A stretch of 64,000 bases of DNA from Roseibium sp. (GCF_965229775.1 NZ_OZ245929.1:5094430-5158429), one strand, 5' to 3'. Counted from the first letter of the stretch, positions 1-10,813 are shown. The notes: generated by a model from the sequence alone, not told the origin. Numbers and translations: made by a program.

Positions 1-240
1 CTCGTCGCTGGGCGGGGTATCGACACGGTGATGCATCCAGCCATGCCAGCCCGGCGGGATCGACGACGCCTCGGCAAGGCCGTTGTAGATCACCCAGCGT
101 TTCTTGCCGCCGCGCTCCTTGTAGTACTTGTTGCCGGCTTCATCCTCGCCGACAAACTCGCCCTTGCGCCAGGTAAAAAAGCGCGTGCCCATGGTCTGGC
201 TGTTCCACCAGGTGAAGATTTCAAGCAGAAGCGTCTTCAT
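1..240 (-). CDS. NADH:ubiquinone oxidoreductase subunit NDUFA12 family protein (5' part; runs off window start)
   Basis: Manual translation from ATG at 240: MKTLLLEIFTWWNSQTMGTRFFTWRKGEFVGEDEAGNKYY...KRWVIYNGLAEASSIPPGWHGWMHH. The G-x-D-x-x-GNxYY and RWVxY...PxWHxW pattern is typical of this family. Absent from the ORF track because it is open at the edge. Confidence 0.85.
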   Translation of the reverse strand, partial: MKTLLLEIFTWWNSQTMGTRFFTWRKGEFVGEDEAGNKYYKERGGKKRWVIYNGLAEASSIPPGWHGWMHHRVDTPPSDE

Positions 241-435
241 GGCCCTTGAGAGGTCCTTTTGGGATACGGGTCCTTGGTCCGGCCTCTCCATCGGAGCGGC
301 AGCAATTTCGCGGAATATGGCCTTATCGACGGCTCATGTCCAGTGCCGCACTGCCGCATCGCGGCAGAAATCGAACCTGCATCTGTTCTGCGGTCGCCTG
401 TGCCGCCCCGGACCGGAAAAACGCGGGTAGAAATG

Positions 436-1158
436 CTAATGGAGCTTGAGATCCTTGGACTTCACGTATTCGGCGTTTCGGATATGCCGTGCCGCGGCAG
501 AGTGCTTTGCAGTCGTTCCGCCCTTTTTGACGCCGGCGAAAATCTCTTCCTTCTTGTCCGGTTCCACCTTCGGCGCCCTGTCGAATTCCTCTTCGACCAC
601 TTCTTCCACCTCGGCCCGTTTCTGGATCGCGATCTTGTGGTGAAGGCGCGCGCCTGCCAGGGACTGCAGTTTTTCCGCCTGTTCATCCAGCGTCTTTTGA
701 ATGCCGTAGATGTTGTAGAAACCGGAGTGTTCCAGGATCATCGGCCGCTCGTCCGCCATCAGCCACTGAAGGCGCTTGAAAAGCGTCGATGGCGACACCG
801 GCTTCACCAGGACATGATGTGCACCCGCGCGCAACGCCTTGTCGACGAGCGGACGCGTACCGTGCGCCGTAATGAAGAGAATCGGCACATAGCAGAGCGG
901 TTCCATATGACGGTGCCGGACCAGGCGCAGGAACTGGTAGCCGGAGGTCGGCTCCATGCGCCAGTCGGTCAGAATCACATTCGGCGGTTCGGCGAGGCTC
1001 GCCTCAAGGGCGTCGTCGACCGAATCAAACACCCGGACCCGCGACACCTTGAAGCTCAGAAGAATCGATCGGAGAATCGTCTGCATCGGCTTGCTGTCTT
1101 CGACAACGACAGCATCGATGTCTTCCATCGCAAGTCCGTAGGCTGCGTGATGCTTCAT
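436..1158 (-). CDS. Response regulator (receiver domain plus charged C-terminal tail, no DNA-binding domain evident)
   Basis: VVEDS acidic pocket, ILTDW phospho-acceptor Asp, ITAH Thr, LVKP Lys. Confidence 0.85.
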   Translation of the reverse strand: MKHHAAYGLAMEDIDAVVVEDSKPMQTILRSILLSFKVSRVRVFDSVDDALEASLAEPPNVILTDWRMEPTSGYQFLRLVRHRHMEPLCYVPILFITAHGTRPLVDKALRAGAHHVLVKPVSPSTLFKRLQWLMADERPMILEHSGFYNIYGIQKTLDEQAEKLQSLAGARLHHKIAIQKRAEVEEVVEEEFDRAPKVEPDKKEEIFAGVKKGGTTAKHSAAARHIRNAEYVKSKDLKLH

Positions 1159-1270
1159 GAAATGCGGGGTCCTCTCCTTGCCATCCCGGCACTAAACCAA
1201 AGCCGGCTTAAACCCGCCTGAAGCCACCGCCTGCCATTTTCGTCAAATTTTCATAAAAGCGGGATCATCG

Positions 1271-1279
1271 TCATCCACA
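1271..1279 (+). promoter_or_regulatory. Possible DnaA box
   Basis: TCATCCACA, 8/9 match to TTATCCACA, in the response regulator/nrdJ divergent intergenic region. A short motif that could be chance. Confidence 0.3.
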
Positions 1280-1629
1280 ACGAAGTTCGAACGCGCTTTC
1301 GATGCGGTATCAGCGCGTTTGCAAGCACAAATTTCCCTGCGTTCCCGCTGACCTCGCCTTGCTCCCCACAATCCACACAGCCACACAATATTTTGCGTTT
1401 GCCCACAAGGACGACACAAGCTGTTGTCACTCACGCCTTGACCTTAAGAATTCATTTACATTAGTTTTTCATTATTGCGATGTGCGTAATCGGGAGCCCT
1501 GTCCGGGCCCTTCGGTCATCCAGCAACCCTAAAGTAGCCGCGTACCTTTTCCGCGTTCACAAACGAGTGCGGAAGACGGATTTTTGCGTGCTGAATTCAG
1601 GGGGCACATCGTGACAAACCTGTTGATGA

Positions 1630-1676
1630 CTACTATATATAGTAGACCCTGACACAGTTAACGCTACATACAGGAA
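1630..1676 (+). promoter_or_regulatory. Tandem NrdR boxes upstream of nrdJ
   Basis: Perfect 16-bp palindrome CTACTATATATAGTAG (1630-1645) and ACGCTACATACAGGAA (1661-1676). Both fit acaCwAtATaTwGtgt, are 31 bp apart, and lie about 120 bp before an RNR gene. Confidence 0.8.
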
Positions 1677-1795
1677 TTGCCTGTAGGCATTGAGGTGGCA
1701 TCCGGCGAGAAGGCAGACGAATTCGTCGCGGCGGATGAGATGCGGAATGGACCGGTTCGGGGCGAACCGGCTGGGGACATAAGGGGACTTTTAGA

Positions 1796-4700
1796 ATGCG
1801 GATCGAGCGGCGCTATACCAAGGAAGGCCAATCGCCTTACGCCGACATTGAATTTCGGACGGCAACGAGCGAAATCCGGAACCCGGACGGCTCCATTGTG
1901 TTCCGCCTGGAGGACATTCAGGTCCCGGCGCAGTTTTCGCAGGTCGCGTCGGACATCCTGGCCCAGAAATATTTCCGCAAGGCCGGCGTCCCGGCAAAAC
2001 TGAAGCCGGTCGAGGAAAACACGGTGCCCTCCTGGCTGTGGCGCCACGAAGCCGACGAAGACGCCATGGGTGACCTTGCCGAAGACGCCCGCTACGGGTC
2101 GGAGATCGACGGCAGACAGGTATTCGACCGCCTGGCCGGCACCTGGACCTATTGGGGCTGGAAAGGCGGATACTTCGACCAGGAGTCCGACGCACAGGCG
2201 TTCTACGACGAACTGCGCTACATGCTGGCAACGCAGAAGGTTGCGCCGAACTCCCCGCAATGGTTCAACACCGGCCTGCATTGGGCCTACGGCATCGATG
2301 GCCCGAGCCAGGGCCATTTCTACGTGGACTACCAGTCCGGCAAGCTGACGAAATCCAAGACGGCCTACGAACATCCCCAGCCGCATGCCTGCTTCATCCA
2401 GTCCGTTCAGGACGATCTGGTGAATGATGGCGGCATCATGGACCTGTGGGTGCGCGAAGCGCGCCTGTTCAAATACGGCTCCGGCACCGGCTCGAACTTC
2501 TCGTTCGTGCGCTCCGAAGGCGAGCGGCTTTCCGGCGGCGGCAAGTCGTCCGGCCTGATGAGCTTCCTGAAGATCGGCGACCGCGCGGCGGGCGCGATCA
2601 AGTCCGGCGGCACGACACGCCGCGCGGCCAAGATGGTCGTGGTCGATGTCGATCACCCCGACATCGAGGAATATGTCAACTGGAAGGTCAAGGAAGAACA
2701 GAAGGTGGCGGCGCTCGTCACAGGCTCCAGGATCTGCCAGAAGCACCTGTCCGCGATCATGCGCGCCTGCGTCAACTGCGAGGCGGATAACGGCGACTGT
2801 TTCGACCCGGCCAAGAACCCGGCCCTGAAGCGCGAGATTCGCGCCGCGAAGAAGATGATGGTGCCGGAGAACTACATCCAGCGCGTCATCCAGTTCGCCC
2901 GTCAGGGGTTCACCAAGATCGAGTTCCCGACCTACAACACCGACTGGGACTCCGAGGCCTACCTGACCGTTGCCGGACAGAACTCCAACAACTCCGTCCG
3001 CGTGACAGATGGCTTCCTGGGTGCTGTCGTCGATGATGGCGAATGGGACCTGACGGCCCGCCGCACCGGCGAAACGCTGAAAACGATCAAGGCGAAGGAG
3101 CTCTGGGAACAGATAGGTTATGCCGCGTGGGCATCCGCCGATCCGGGCCTGCAGTACCACACCACGATCAACGACTGGCACACCTGCCTTGCGGACGGCG
3201 AAATTCGGGCCTCCAACCCGTGCTCGGAATACATGTTCCTGGACGACACGGCCTGTAACCTGGCGTCCCTGAACCTGATGCAGTTCCGCAATGAAGACCG
3301 GTCCTTTGCCATCGACAACTACGAGCACGCCGTCCGCCTGTGGACGATCGTTCTCGAGATCTCGGTGCTGATGGCACAGTTCCCGTCCAAGGAAATCGCG
3401 GAACTCTCCTACAAGTTCCGTACGCTCGGGCTCGGCTACGCCAATATCGGCGGCCTCCTGATGACATCCGGCATTTCCTACGATTCCGATGAAGGCCGCG
3501 CGCTTTGCGGCGCGCTGACAGCGGTCATGACCGGTGTCGCCTATGCAACGTCTGCCGAGATGGCCGGCGAACTGGGCTCCTTCCCGGGCTACAAGAAAAA
3601 CGCCAAGCACATGCTGAAGGTGATCCGCAATCACCGCCGCGCTGCCCATGGCGAGACGACCGGCTATGAGGGCCTGAACACGCCTCCGGTCGCGCTAGAC
3701 CATGCAAGCTGCCCGGACAAGGAGATCATCGAACGCGCCAGAAAGGCCTGGGACCGCGCCCTGGAGCTCGGAGAAAAGAACGGCTACCGGAACGCGCAGT
3801 CCACCGTGATCGCGCCGACCGGGACCATCGGCCTCGTCATGGACTGCGACACCACCGGCATCGAACCCGACTTTGCCCTGGTCAAGTTCAAGAAGCTGGC
3901 CGGCGGCGGCTACTTCAAGATCATCAACCGTGCGGTTCCCGAAGCCTTGCGTGTGCTCGGTTATTCGGAAAGCGAGATCGGCGAGATCGAGGCCTATGCG
4001 GTCGGTCACGGTTCGATCGACCAGGCGCCCGGCATCAACCCGGCCAGCCTCTCCGCGAAGGGCTTCACCGAGGAAAGCCTGGGCAAGCTCAAGGACGGCA
4101 TGAAGTCGGCCTTCGACATCAAATTCGTGTTCAACCGCTGGACCCTTGGCGACGACCAGCTGAAATCGCTCGGCGTCTCCGACGAACAGCTGGAAGACAC
4201 CGAGTTCGATCTCCTCACCTTCCTGGGCTACTCCAAGGCCGATATCGAGGCGGCGAACACGCATGTCTGCGGCGCCATGACCCTGGAAGGCGCTCCCTTC
4301 CTGAAGGAAGAGCACTACCCGGTCTTCGACTGCGCCAACCCGTGCGGCCGCATCGGCAAGCGCTTCCTGTCGGTGGAAAGCCACATCCGCATGATGGCGG
4401 CAGCCCAGCCCTTCATCTCCGGCGCGATCTCCAAGACGATCAACATGCCGAACGATGCAACGGTTGAGGACTGCAAGGAAGCCTACATGCTCTCCTGGAA
4501 GCTCGCCCTGAAAGCGAACGCGCTCTATCGCGACGGCTCCAAGCTGTCACAGCCGCTGAACGCGCAGCTTCTGGCCGACGATGACGAAGAGCAGGACGAG
4601 GCCATCGAGGACATCGCCGCCAAGCCGCAGGCCGCCAAGGCCGAAGTCGTGGCGGAACGGATCGTCGAACGCATCGTCGAGCGGGTTGTCCGCGAACAGG

Positions 4701-5482
4701 AAAAACTGCCGGCACGGCGCAAGGGGTACACCCAGAAAGCCAAGATCGGCGGACACACCGTCTTCCTGCGGACCGGCGAATACCACGACGGCCGTCTCGG
4801 CGAGATCTTCCTGGACATGAACAAGGAAGGCTCCGCGCTGCGCGCCTTCATCAACAACTTCGCCATCTCCGTCTCGCTAGGCCTGCAATATGGTGTGCCG
4901 CTCGAGGAATATGTCGACGCGTTCACCTTCACCAAGTTCGAGCCGGCCGGCATGGTCCAGGGCAACGACGCCATCAAGAACGCAACGTCGATCCTCGACT
5001 ACGTGTTCCGCGAGCTTGCCGTGTCCTATCTCGGCCGTCACGACCTTGCTCACGTTCCGCCGGAAGTCTTCGGCAGCACGGGTGAAGGCACGTCGTCCGG
5101 TGAGGACCGCGGCCAGGGCGGACAGATCGTCTCCCATGGCCTCGTGCGCGGCCAGACCGAGCGGTTCCGCCTTGTTTCCAGCGCCGGAGAACCGGCCGGT
5201 GAATCCACGGAGGCGATCTCGGTCCAGACGGCGAATACGCCGGCGGCCCAGGTGTCGGCAGTCGCAACGGCCTTCGCCCGCGGCACGGAAGCCGCGGCGG
5301 CCGTCGAAGTGGGCACCACGGCCCCTGCCCCGCAGGTTGCCACGGCGGCCCAGCAGATCGCCCAGGCCCGTATGAAAGGCTATGAGGGTGAAAGCTGCGG
5401 CGAATGCGGCAACTTCACCATGGTCCGCAACGGCACCTGCCTGAAATGCGACACCTGCGGCGCGACCAGCGGCTGCAGCTGA
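1796..5482 (+). CDS. nrdJ: Vitamin B12-dependent (class II) ribonucleotide reductase
   Basis: 1228 aa; [15 protein letters not shown] (thiyl radical Cys), [20 protein letters not shown]-terminal CGECG...CDTCG zinc motif. Confidence 0.97.
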   Translation: MRIERRYTKEGQSPYADIEFRTATSEIRNPDGSIVFRLEDIQVPAQFSQVASDILAQKYFRKAGVPAKLKPVEENTVPSWLWRHEADEDAMGDLAEDARYGSEIDGRQVFDRLAGTWTYWGWKGGYFDQESDAQAFYDELRYMLATQKVAPNSPQWFNTGLHWAYGIDGPSQGHFYVDYQSGKLTKSKTAYEHPQPHACFIQSVQDDLVNDGGIMDLWVREARLFKYGSGTGSNFSFVRSEGERLSGGGKSSGLMSFLKIGDRAAGAIKSGGTTRRAAKMVVVDVDHPDIEEYVNWKVKEEQKVAALVTGSRICQKHLSAIMRACVNCEADNGDCFDPAKNPALKREIRAAKKMMVPENYIQRVIQFARQGFTKIEFPTYNTDWDSEAYLTVAGQNSNNSVRVTDGFLGAVVDDGEWDLTARRTGETLKTIKAKELWEQIGYAAWASADPGLQYHTTINDWHTCLADGEIRASNPCSEYMFLDDTACNLASLNLMQFRNEDRSFAIDNYEHAVRLWTIVLEISVLMAQFPSKEIAELSYKFRTLGLGYANIGGLLMTSGISYDSDEGRALCGALTAVMTGVAYATSAEMAGELGSFPGYKKNAKHMLKVIRNHRRAAHGETTGYEGLNTPPVALDHASCPDKEIIERARKAWDRALELGEKNGYRNAQSTVIAPTGTIGLVMDCDTTGIEPDFALVKFKKLAGGGYFKIINRAVPEALRVLGYSESEIGEIEAYAVGHGSIDQAPGINPASLSAKGFTEESLGKLKDGMKSAFDIKFVFNRWTLGDDQLKSLGVSDEQLEDTEFDLLTFLGYSKADIEAANTHVCGAMTLEGAPFLKEEHYPVFDCANPCGRIGKRFLSVESHIRMMAAAQPFISGAISKTINMPNDATVEDCKEAYMLSWKLALKANALYRDGSKLSQPLNAQLLADDDEEQDEAIEDIAAKPQAAKAEVVAERIVERIVERVVREQEKLPARRKGYTQKAKIGGHTVFLRTGEYHDGRLGEIFLDMNKEGSALRAFINNFAISVSLGLQYGVPLEEYVDAFTFTKFEPAGMVQGNDAIKNATSILDYVFRELAVSYLGRHDLAHVPPEVFGSTGEGTSSGEDRGQGGQIVSHGLVRGQTERFRLVSSAGEPAGESTEAISVQTANTPAAQVSAVATAFARGTEAAAAVEVGTTAPAPQVATAAQQIAQARMKGYEGESCGECGNFTMVRNGTCLKCDTCGATSGCS

Positions 5483-5510
5483 CGGTTCAGTCGGAAGACC
5501 GCCAAGGCCG

Positions 5511-5584
5511 GCCAACCACCGGCCACAGCGCGGCTTCCGGCGCCCAGATGAAGAAGACCCGCCCATCGGCAACGATCGGGCGGG
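5511..5584 (+). repeat. 74-bp direct repeat, copy 1 (includes nrdJ terminator stem)
   Basis: 70/74 identical to 7685-7757; the first 31 nt are identical. Confidence 0.95.
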
Positions 5585-5589
5585 TTTTT
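5557..5589 (+). terminator. Rho-independent terminator of nrdJ
   Basis: ACCCGCCC-ATCG-GCAA-CGAT-C-GGGCGGGT stem-loop followed by TTTT. Confidence 0.8.
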
Positions 5590-5661
5590 GCTTCTGAAAA
5601 GCGGAAGACGGATGCAGGCAACGCGGACCGGCAGAGCGGAACGGCGGCGCGGACCGATGGC

Positions 5662-6699
5662 TCAGCGGGCTGACAGAAAACCTTTGCCTGAAAAGCGGCG
5701 ACGGTACTCGGCGGGACTGAGGCCGGTCATCTTTCTGAAAAGCCGGCGGAATGCGCGCGGGTCGGAATATCCGACTGCCTCTGAAATCGAGTCGACACTC
5801 TTACCGTCCATTTCGAGGAACTGCTTGGCTTCCTCTACCCTCAAAGACTGAACATAGTCCCTCGGGCTGTAGCCGGTCGCCGCGCGGAAACGCCGGTCGA
5901 AGGTTCGCCTCGGGAGACCGGTGCGGGCTATCATGCGGCCGACCAGATCGCTTTCACTGTAGGTGTTGGCTAGCCAGGCCTGGCACTCCTGAATGACCGC
6001 ATCTTCGCTCTGAAGTTTCCTCGACGGAGCTGCATAGTGTCTCTGGCCATCGGGCTTGGGATCCACGCAATAAAATCGGGCGGATTTCGATGCGTGCTCG
6101 GGACCTATGTACCGCGCGATCAGATAAAGCGCGAGATCCTGCCAGGACGCCATCCCGCCCGACATCACGATCGAGTCCCCTTCGCCCGCGAAAGCGAGCG
6201 TGCGGTCCGGACAAAAGGCCACCTGCGGATACCGCTGTCGGAAGATCTCCCGCATGGACCAGTGCGCCGTCGCCGCTTCGCCGTCAAGAAGACCGGCATC
6301 TGCCAGCAGTGCGGAGCCGGAACAGGCGGTTGCCAGGCGCGCCCCGGCACAATACCGGTCCATCACCCAGTCGATTTCCGGTCCGAGAACCTCGCTTGGC
6401 GGGGTCAAGGCGCCGATCCGGAAATTCGGAAGGCAAACGATCTCCGCATCGTCCGCGTTTTCAAGTGTCGCGTCGGGCATTACCGGCACGCCGCTTATGC
6501 AGCGGAACGGATCTCCCGTGCGCGCAACGATCCTGACGCGGGTCAAGGGCGGTGTGGCTGTGCCTTCGGTGATCGTGGACCACGCCGAACCGACCGAAGC
6601 AAGCAGGTCGTAGAGTCCGTAAAGAATGGCCCCCCTGCAGCTCTCTGCCGCCAGAACGTCGATCCGGAGCGGATCAATCGTGAAATCTCTCGGCTGCAT
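5662..6699 (-). CDS. GlxA-family AraC regulator (DJ-1/PfpI sensor + HTH)
   Basis: LATACSGSALLADAGLLDGEAATAHW, MSGGMASWQDL, C-terminal RTFDRRF...AVGYSDPRAFRRLF. Start placed at MQPRDF. Confidence 0.9.
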   Translation of the reverse strand: MQPRDFTIDPLRIDVLAAESCRGAILYGLYDLLASVGSAWSTITEGTATPPLTRVRIVARTGDPFRCISGVPVMPDATLENADDAEIVCLPNFRIGALTPPSEVLGPEIDWVMDRYCAGARLATACSGSALLADAGLLDGEAATAHWSMREIFRQRYPQVAFCPDRTLAFAGEGDSIVMSGGMASWQDLALYLIARYIGPEHASKSARFYCVDPKPDGQRHYAAPSRKLQSEDAVIQECQAWLANTYSESDLVGRMIARTGLPRRTFDRRFRAATGYSPRDYVQSLRVEEAKQFLEMDGKSVDSISEAVGYSDPRAFRRLFRKMTGLSPAEYRRRFSGKGFLSAR

Positions 6700-6822
6700 G
6701 TTGTTTGCCTCCCTTGTCAAACCCACTGGCCGAATTGGTCCGTTTGTGGCCAGCCCGGCCCTGCCGTGCGCCTTCACCATACGGCAACTTTGAAATACCT
6801 ACGAAACTTTGAGAGGAAAACC

Positions 6823-7629
6823 ATGACCTACGAAGCATTCAGATTCGCGGAAAAGGAAGCCTGGGACGCGCGCGCAGCCACCTACGACAACTTCACGGGA
6901 CAGGTGACAACCGGGGCTATTCCGACGCTTCTGGCGTTGGCCGAAACGGCCCCCGGCAAACACATTCTCGACCTTTGCTGCGGAACCGGACGCGTGGCCG
7001 GTGCTGCCAGCGCACTCGGTGCTGTTGCGGACGGCCTCGATATCTCTCCTGCGATGATCGACAGGGCAAAGGCAGCCTTTCCCTCGACCCCGTTCGAAGT
7101 GGGCGACGCCGAGACCATACCGAGAGAGACCGGGCACTACGATGGCGTAATCTGTTCCTTCGGCATCATGCATATCGGCAACACCGAGGCCATGCTCAAG
7201 GACGTCGCCCGGGTTCTGAAACCAGGTGGCCGCGTCGCCCTCAGCCATTGGATCGGCCCGCCGGCATCACAGCTGTTCCGGATAGTGTTCAGCGCCATGC
7301 AGCAGTTCGCAGACATGAGCGTCGTACCGCCCGCGCCGGCCCCGTTTGCGCTGTCCACCGAGGACGCAATGCGTGCGGCCCTCGAAAAGGCCGGCTTTCG
7401 CAGCGTGGCATGCGTGCGCCTGCCACTGATGTTTACCGCTCCCGCCGGAGAATTCGTCGGTCATTTCAGGAAATTCGCTGGAAGAGCTGCCGTGATCCTC
7501 GACAAGCAAGAAAACGATGTGCTGAAGCAGATCTACGACGCATGGGACAGCCAGCTGGAAGAATACCTCGTGGAAGGCGCCTACCAGGTGCCCATGCCTG
7601 CACTGGCCGTTTCGGCGGTCCGTGAATAG
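6823..7629 (+). CDS. Class I SAM-dependent methyltransferase
   Basis: ILDLCCGTG motif I, GLDIS, GDAE, LKPGGR; RBS GAGAGG before ATG 6823. Divergent from the AraC gene. Confidence 0.9.
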   Translation: MTYEAFRFAEKEAWDARAATYDNFTGQVTTGAIPTLLALAETAPGKHILDLCCGTGRVAGAASALGAVADGLDISPAMIDRAKAAFPSTPFEVGDAETIPRETGHYDGVICSFGIMHIGNTEAMLKDVARVLKPGGRVALSHWIGPPASQLFRIVFSAMQQFADMSVVPPAPAPFALSTEDAMRAALEKAGFRSVACVRLPLMFTAPAGEFVGHFRKFAGRAAVILDKQENDVLKQIYDAWDSQLEEYLVEGAYQVPMPALAVSAVRE

Positions 7630-7684
7630 ATGGCCGGACAGGATTTGCCCCCTTCTGCCGATCGAGGCAGAACCGGCAAGGTCC

Positions 7685-7757
7685 GCCAACCACCGGCCAC
7701 AGCGCGGCTTCCGGCCCCGGATGCAGAAGACCCACCCATCGGCAACGATCGGGCGGG
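7685..7757 (+). repeat. 73-bp direct repeat, copy 2 (degenerate terminator, no T-tract)
   Basis: See copy 1; 3 substitutions and 1 indel. Confidence 0.95.
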
Positions 7758-7928
7758 CTCTGTTATTCAAGGCCGCGCATGCATGGAACGGGCGGGTGAT
7801 GGACGTTTGCGGCACAGGCAATGATGGTTTGATGTGTCGGCCTAATAGAACTTCTTCAAGAACGTTTTTTTGAAAGGCAGGCAGTTACCGACAACGCGCG
7901 GATGCCATATATTGGTTTGAAGGATTGA

Positions 7929-8813
7929 GTGACCAAGAAGAGACCGGAGACTGATGTGTCACCAAGCAAGGGCCGCGTTGAAAGACTGATCGATGCCATA
8001 GGCGCAGAGTTCCAGTCTCATCTCATCGACTTGTGGAACACCTCCACGGTCTTTGATATCCAGGACGGCGCAGTTCAAAAGATGATCTCCCGCGAAGCGC
8101 CATTTGGTGTCATCGGGATCAAGATCCTGACGCGCAATCCGGGAGACACAAATCGGCTTTTTGAGCACCAGTGGAATTTCAGCATCGGTGTCACCGGATG
8201 TGAATTCAAGCTTTTGGATGTCGACTACCAGAACGACGTTTGGATCGGTGATGCGAATTCCGCCGAATTCGCCGGGCACGAACAGATTGCCTACAAAACG
8301 GTTGAGCACATGATTGCCTTTCATGGCGACGATTTCGGCGTCGGAAAAGTCTTCATTGATAAGATTGGGGCTCTCTGCGCCAGCCTGCTTGAAAAGCCAC
8401 CCTTGTTCTTTCGACTGCCGCGCAGGGCGCCACCCGCCTACAGGTACACACCAGCCCCCCGGGCCATTCGCGAGGAACTGGGCCTGTCATCTGATGACCG
8501 CGTGGTTCTGATTGAGGCGATGATCAAGGAGCACGGCATCGATCCGTATGAGATCCTTCTGTCCTTCCATTCCGATGAAAACTTCTGGCTGGTCGATCTC
8601 CCTGAATCGCTTGTCGACCGGTACCAGCATGGTCTGATCGATCCGAGCCTTGGTGAGCACCATTCAAATCTTGAGGTTGGGGTCTCCATTACTGCGGAGG
8701 CTCTGAGGAACAGGGTCCGGCAGACGTCAAACAGTGCCGGGCGCGAGAATGGCGTTTTTTTCTCCATGTCCGGAAGCGGGTCTGCGTCAGGTTATTTGAA
8801 CGGATTGACTTGA
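7929..8813 (+). CDS. Hypothetical protein (294 aa, no recognised domain)
   Basis: Long ORF filling an otherwise empty interval; GTG start after AAGGA; protein-like composition; visibly more A/T third positions than nrdJ. Confidence 0.6.
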   Translation: MTKKRPETDVSPSKGRVERLIDAIGAEFQSHLIDLWNTSTVFDIQDGAVQKMISREAPFGVIGIKILTRNPGDTNRLFEHQWNFSIGVTGCEFKLLDVDYQNDVWIGDANSAEFAGHEQIAYKTVEHMIAFHGDDFGVGKVFIDKIGALCASLLEKPPLFFRLPRRAPPAYRYTPAPRAIREELGLSSDDRVVLIEAMIKEHGIDPYEILLSFHSDENFWLVDLPESLVDRYQHGLIDPSLGEHHSNLEVGVSITAEALRNRVRQTSNSAGRENGVFFSMSGSGSASGYLNGLT

Positions 8814-9040
8814 CGTTGGCGGGTGTCTTCCTTTTGCGCTGCCAGGCGGCGCGCAATTCGCGGTAACCCCCTCTCTGACACGATCCGGATCTTCGCGGTG
8901 TATCGGACAGTGTCCGCTCCGGGCCGTTCACGGCCAAGCCTCACCTGGGCGGTAATCGGCCGCCCGTCACGGTATGAACGACTATCCGTACTTTGGCAGT
9001 AGTCGGTATCTAGGGTCTTCGGAACCTCCCGGTTCGCCAA

Positions 9041-9883
9041 TCATCGGGAACAGGAAAACAGATTCACGACGGCAGGCACCACGGCAGCGTCACCTTTCCT
9101 GAATGTTTCAAAGGCGGCAACGACCGCGCTTTCGATTGCTGCTGCGTCGGCTTCCGAGCCGTTATGGGCCTTCATGATGCGCGCGGCAGGACCCACCTTG
9201 CTTGCGGCCCGCGCAGCACCGGCAATCCCGCCCGGAGGCGTGAGCGCGACGTCCAACTCGTGCGCTTCAATATTGGACACACCAGCGCTGGCCAACAGAT
9301 TGGCGACACGCTCGCGGTCCTGAAAGGCTGTCGGACCCGGCTTATCGGGGTCTGCCTTTGCCAGCGCCCCCAGCCTTTTCTCGGCCGCTTGTTCCGGGAT
9401 CGCGAACCAGGGGTTCTTTGCCACGGAAGCCCAGCTGACGAAGATCATTTTGCCGTTGTCGGTCAAGGCATTGGAAAGGTTCTTCAGCGCTGCGACCGTG
9501 TCGGAAAAGAAACTCATGCCCAATCGCGAGACAAGAAGGTTGAAAGGCCGGGCTGAAAAGTCATGGGTTTGAGCATCTGCCAACAGAAAAGATGCGTTGG
9601 CAACGCCTTCCGTTTTCACCCGGTCGGCCGCGCGTTTCAGAAGCGGACCGGAGATATCGACGCCAAGGACGTGTCCGCCCGGCGCGCGTCGGGCGGCTTC
9701 GAGTGTGCTTGCGCCGGTTCCACAGCCTATATCGAGGATACGGTCCGTTGATGCAATGCCGGCGGCATCGAGCATCTTGTCCAGCATCCCGGCCATCGCG
9801 GTATCCAGAGCATGTTCGTGTTCAATCCATTTCAGGCCTGCAGGAGAAGCCCAATACTCAGCCTGCACTTTGTTTGCATCCAT
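9041..9883 (-). CDS. Class I SAM-dependent methyltransferase
   Basis: ILDIGCGTG, VLGVDIS, LADAQ, SRLGMSFF. Confidence 0.9.
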   Translation of the reverse strand: MDANKVQAEYWASPAGLKWIEHEHALDTAMAGMLDKMLDAAGIASTDRILDIGCGTGASTLEAARRAPGGHVLGVDISGPLLKRAADRVKTEGVANASFLLADAQTHDFSARPFNLLVSRLGMSFFSDTVAALKNLSNALTDNGKMIFVSWASVAKNPWFAIPEQAAEKRLGALAKADPDKPGPTAFQDRERVANLLASAGVSNIEAHELDVALTPPGGIAGAARAASKVGPAARIMKAHNGSEADAAAIESAVVAAFETFRKGDAAVVPAVVNLFSCSR

Positions 9884-10254
9884 CAATTGCCACCCTGTTT
9901 CGGCCAGCCTAACAGGAATTTGCCACGCCGCTAAATTCTCGGACAGGTCGGGTTTTCGGGGCCGGCGTCAACGCGCGGCCCACCGGTCTTTCTGCACTTT
10001 CGGTGTCTTCCAGCAAAAATGGGCGAAGCAGACAGCCATCACTTGGCGCTTCCAGTTCAGACGGTGATGAACCTGTCTGAACGCGGACCGAAATGAGCCT
10101 TCAGCACACGCGTATTCAGCCTCTGGAATTGCCGATTTGGCGCATTTTTAACGTTTCAGGGTCGCTACGGCGGCCACCTTTGACGGGCAAAAAACGCTGT
10201 CACTGCAATCTTCAAGCGTCAAAAACAAACACTATGAAGATGGAGACAATTTTC

Positions 10255-10779
10255 ATGTCCTGGAAAGTATTTGCCAAAAAGCACAACTCCAAGACCGAGT
10301 GGATTCAGCTGTACCATAACCTCGACTATCCGGATGCGGTTTTGGTTGTCCTTCAGTCAACCGGCGGTCAGCTGCTAAAGCAGGTAAGGCAATCCGGCAT
10401 CCAGATACGGTACTCTGACATAGAGCTGAAATGCGGGGTCGCGCTCCCAATGAATTCAGCCTTCGAAGGAATTTTCTATACGCCGATGAGGGATCTGCGC
10501 GGAATGAAGCTGCCGTCACCTTTGAGTGTCAACACAGCTTCACCCGAACGGCAGGTCGATGTTCAGACGATGACGACAGCACCCAACGGCCTCGAACCGC
10601 CGAACTGTTCCTATCAGGCCAGTTTCAACCGCCTCATGAAGGAGCAGTCCTTCAGTGTCCTGGCCGGAAAGGTCAACATGAACCCGTTCAGGGGCGTCGC
10701 CGGGCTTCAAGACAAGATCAAGAAACTGGTCGAAGCTGAAATGCGCCTTTGTGAGCGAAGCTCGTTTTCCAGACCATAA
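10255..10779 (+). CDS. Hypothetical protein (174 aa)
   Basis: GGAGA RBS 8 nt before ATG 10255; followed by hairpins; no recognised domain. Confidence 0.55.
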   Translation: MSWKVFAKKHNSKTEWIQLYHNLDYPDAVLVVLQSTGGQLLKQVRQSGIQIRYSDIELKCGVALPMNSAFEGIFYTPMRDLRGMKLPSPLSVNTASPERQVDVQTMTTAPNGLEPPNCSYQASFNRLMKEQSFSVLAGKVNMNPFRGVAGLQDKIKKLVEAEMRLCERSSFSRP

Positions 10780-10813
10780 CTTCGGCCGGCGCCGGCCGGA
10801 TTATTCTGTGTCG

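Noticed and set aside
1243-1434. 63-aa Cys-containing ORF upstream of the response regulator
   Set aside because: GTG start without a convincing RBS and no recognisable family; lies in a divergent promoter region.
1444-1459. CtrA-like site TTAA-N7-TTTAC
   Set aside because: Imperfect single match in an AT-rich patch; cannot be separated from chance.
1664-3649. 661-aa minus-strand ORF, and similar long ORFs such as 38961-40334, 45433-47229 and 52688-53944
   Set aside because: Antisense shadows of clearly identified genes; expected in GC-rich, codon-biased DNA; no motifs.
1796-5482. Intein or intron in nrdJ
   Set aside because: Continuous ORF of ordinary length for alphaproteobacterial NrdJ; no splicing or homing-endonuclease motifs seen.
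7902-7917. NrdR-box-like ATGCCATATATTGGTT before the orphan ORF
   Set aside because: Single copy with no partner 31-32 bp away; more simply a -10 region.
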